DNA from: a virus
Lineage: Duplodnaviria > Caudoviricetes
Length of the DNA: 38,330 nucleotides
Virus record (IMG/VR): IMGVR_UViG_3300033405_000044
Coordinates: 1 to 38,330 of that record
Strand: one strand, 5' to 3'
A model generated the notes under the pieces. It did not search any database. It saw only the letters and a list, made by a program, of their open reading frames with translations, and was not told where the DNA came from. Below are positions 36,644 to 38,330 of the stretch, one piece after another (position 1 is the stretch's first letter; every line of letters begins with the position of its first letter). Both the position numbers and the translations under genes were made by a program.

Positions 36644-36863
36644 AAAAGAAACGAGTAGTAATTTTGTGAAAGAAAAGGATTTTGATGCTTTCAAAAACAT
36701 CATCACTGGAAGTGGCTATGTCTGCCGCACATGCGAGGGCGGCCATTTCATGGGCGAGAATGAAGAAGGCAAGGTATTTCGTATATATTGCAACGACAAT
36801 TCGCTAAGATATAAAGTAGTAATGCCGCCGAGCGGGATTCCGTTTGTGAGGCCGTGGAGTTGA
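36636..36863 (+). CDS. Hypothetical Cys-containing protein or gene fragment (75 aa)
   Basis: GYVCRTC..IYC; GTG start poorly supported. Confidence 0.5.
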   Translation: MSEKETSSNFVKEKDFDAFKNIITGSGYVCRTCEGGHFMGENEEGKVFRIYCNDNSLRYKVVMPPSGIPFVRPWS

Positions 36864-36892
36864 TTAAGGGGGCTAATCAAAAAGGAGTTGGT

Positions 36893-37066
36893 ATGCCGGG
36901 GAAAAACAAACTAAAGCCTGGTGAAACTGTTGATAGGTCTGGAATATATGAAAGCGACATCACAAATCAAAAGACTACATTAGACAAAGGGGCAACTGCA
37001 CCCCCAACAAAGCAAGCCGGAGAGCATTGGAAGCTCAAAATAGAGACGAACCCAAAAAAGAAATAA
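36893..37066 (+). CDS. YjzC-like small protein (57 aa)
   Basis: AAGGAG RBS; KPGE.V..SGIY....T..KG...PPT...G..W pattern. Confidence 0.75.
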   Translation: MPGKNKLKPGETVDRSGIYESDITNQKTTLDKGATAPPTKQAGEHWKLKIETNPKKK

Positions 37067-37073
37067 AGAATGG

Positions 37074-37349
37074 TTAGCCCCCATCTTTATCCCCCATCAC
37101 ATCCATCAAGTGCGACCAGACGACACCAGAGGCAATCCAAGCCAGTATTTGGGCCTCATCTGGCCTCAAAAAAAGAGTTGTAGGATTAACCCCATCCTTT
37201 TGAAGTCGGACATAAATTGTGTCCACTTCTGGCTTGCCTTCCCCTTCAACAAACCCCGCTGAAAAAACGCAATTATTTCGCGAATATTCCTGCCGGATTA
37301 CCTCGGAATAGGTAAGGCCGTTCTCGGTGAATTTTAAGGTAGGGGTCAA
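37074..37349 (-). CDS. Hypothetical protein (91 aa, TTG start)
   Basis: AGGAGG RBS; convergent with the YjzC-like gene. Confidence 0.6.
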   Translation of the reverse strand: MTPTLKFTENGLTYSEVIRQEYSRNNCVFSAGFVEGEGKPEVDTIYVRLQKDGVNPTTLFLRPDEAQILAWIASGVVWSHLMDVMGDKDGG

Positions 37350-37414
37350 AATCCCTCCTGGAATTTGCTCGCCTTATTCTAGCCCATCGAGTCTGCATTT
37401 TCAACGATCCTCCC

Positions 37415-37471
37415 GGCCCGCTCCCAGCGGGCCTTTCTTTTTCCCTCAAGCCGCCCTCGGGCGGCTTTTTT
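37415..37471 (+). terminator. Tandem intrinsic terminators ending the cI operon
   Basis: GGCCCGCT-ccc-AGCGGGCC-TTTCTTTTT and AAGCCGCCC-tc-GGGCGGCTT-TTTT. Confidence 0.8.
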
Positions 37472-37544
37472 GTCGCCTAAAGTTTACCCCCTGCCCCCCT
37501 GGAAAATATCCGCGACAAAAGCTCGGTTTGATAAAAATAGTTAC

Positions 37545-37596
37545 TGAAAGAATATTTCATTTTCTTCTTGACCAACTGAAAAAAAATTGCAATATT
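37545..37596 (+). promoter_or_regulatory. OL/PL-like early promoter with operators
   Basis: TGAAAGAATATTTCA (37545-37559) and TGAAAAAAAATTGCA (37577-37591); TTGACC-17-AATATT. Confidence 0.7.
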
Positions 37597-37608
37597 GCAC
37601 TCACCAAC

Positions 37609-37651
37609 GCCGCCCACCCCCTGCGGGGGCGTGCGGCCAGCTCTTTGAAAA
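37609..37651 (+). promoter_or_regulatory. Hairpin plus boxA-like antitermination element
   Basis: GC hairpin 37609-37637, then GCTCTTTGAAAA (37640-37651) just after PL. Confidence 0.55.
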
Positions 37652-37707
37652 CCGAGTTGATGATTGGACAGGGTTGCTGGAAAGGGCACGACGGCCCGGA
37701 TCGGCGG

Positions 37708-37818
37708 CTAGCGAGGAGTTGAGCGTCTATGACGCTTCACTGGCACCTCTTTACCGTTGACCTCGCGGACATACGGCTTAACCGGGACGATCTTCTTCCC
37801 TGCTTTGGTTTCAGCCAT
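37708..37818 (-). CDS. Small basic peptide (36 aa)
   Basis: AAAGGAGG RBS; MAETKAGKKIVPVKPYVREVNGKEVPVKRHRRSTPR*. Confidence 0.6.
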   Translation of the reverse strand: MAETKAGKKIVPVKPYVREVNGKEVPVKRHRRSTPR

Positions 37819-38151
37819 CAGGCCTTCGCCTCCTTTCCGGCGTAAGTACCGCCGCTGCCAAAGCGGGATACGCGGGGAAGGATAAGAGGGGGGCCGTCGC
37901 ACCCGTAAGGGATATGCCCCTTCCCGCAACCCATGTCCAGGCGTCAACCTGGAAGCCGCCCACCCCACATCCTCCCGCCTGACGGCTCCGGAGGTGCAAG
38001 GCGGACGGCAGCCCGAGATGACCTCGGACCGCACACGGTAGCTGATGATGGATGACGAGCCGGCATAGCCGGACGCTCCATGCCAGCGCGGCGCGGGAAG
38101 GGAAAGTCGAGGGGGAGTGAGAAGCAAGAGAGGGTAACACCAGGAGGACCA

Positions 38152-38330
38152 ATGAAGCGCGTACTGACAAAGGGTAAGGGCTGTTTTTATTTCGTTGAAG
38201 GCAATCGAATCGCTGGCCCCAATCCGCGGCTCTACGGCGACTGCTCGGGGCTCTACGGCGACTGCTCGTGGCTCTACGGCAACTGCTCGGGGCTCTCCGG
38301 CGACTGCTCGGGGCTCTACGGCAACTGCTC
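38152..38330 (+). CDS. Heptapeptide-repeat protein, runs off the window end
   Basis: AGGAGG RBS; MKRVLTKGKGCFYFVEGNRIAGPNPR followed by (LYGDCSG)n. Confidence 0.75.
   Translation, partial: MKRVLTKGKGCFYFVEGNRIAGPNPRLYGDCSGLYGDCSWLYGNCSGLSGDCSGLYGNC
38230..38330 (+). repeat. 21-bp coding tandem repeat, 4 full copies plus 1 partial
   Basis: Unit ctctacggc[g/a]actgctcgggg, in frame with the ORF. Confidence 0.95.

Noticed and set aside
37830-38130. tRNA or known riboswitch
   Set aside because: No cloverleaf or T-loop GTTCRA pattern recognised; kept only as an unassigned structured leader
38230-38330. Possible CRISPR array
   Set aside because: Head-to-tail 21-bp units with no unique spacers, in frame within a CDS

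Overview
Fragment of a temperate, long-tailed (siphovirus-type) dsDNA phage or prophage with lambdoid organisation, mostly GC-rich with AT-rich patches. Almost everything from 1 to 35108 is on the minus strand. Reading right to left: cro-like gene; small early genes; SNF2-helicase/DNA-methyltransferase fusion; replication initiator with iterons and helicase-loader-like gene; ERCC4 nuclease; Ros/MucR-like zinc finger; a MuF protein with a C-terminal ADP-ribosyltransferase toxin domain, a candidate immunity gene and a Mor/C-like late activator; lysis cassette; terminase, portal, scaffold, P22-type coat; head-tail joining genes; tail tube; frameshifted tail chaperones; tape measure; tail tip and fibre genes. 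The cI repressor, AT-rich accessory genes and the start of the divergent early operon are on the plus strand. The most notable item is the MuF-ART toxin/immunity/Mor cassette, which sits outside the head module. Other points of interest are a duplicated 42-bp late-promoter element, a leader motif and N-terminus shared by the two assembly chaperones, counter-oriented small genes with RBS-sequestering hairpins, a boxA-like antitermination site, and a candidate frameshift in the MucR-like gene. I saw no integrase, att site, tRNA, CRISPR array or reverse transcriptase. All family calls come from motif recognition by eye, not database searches. A Desulfovibrio-like host is only a guess.
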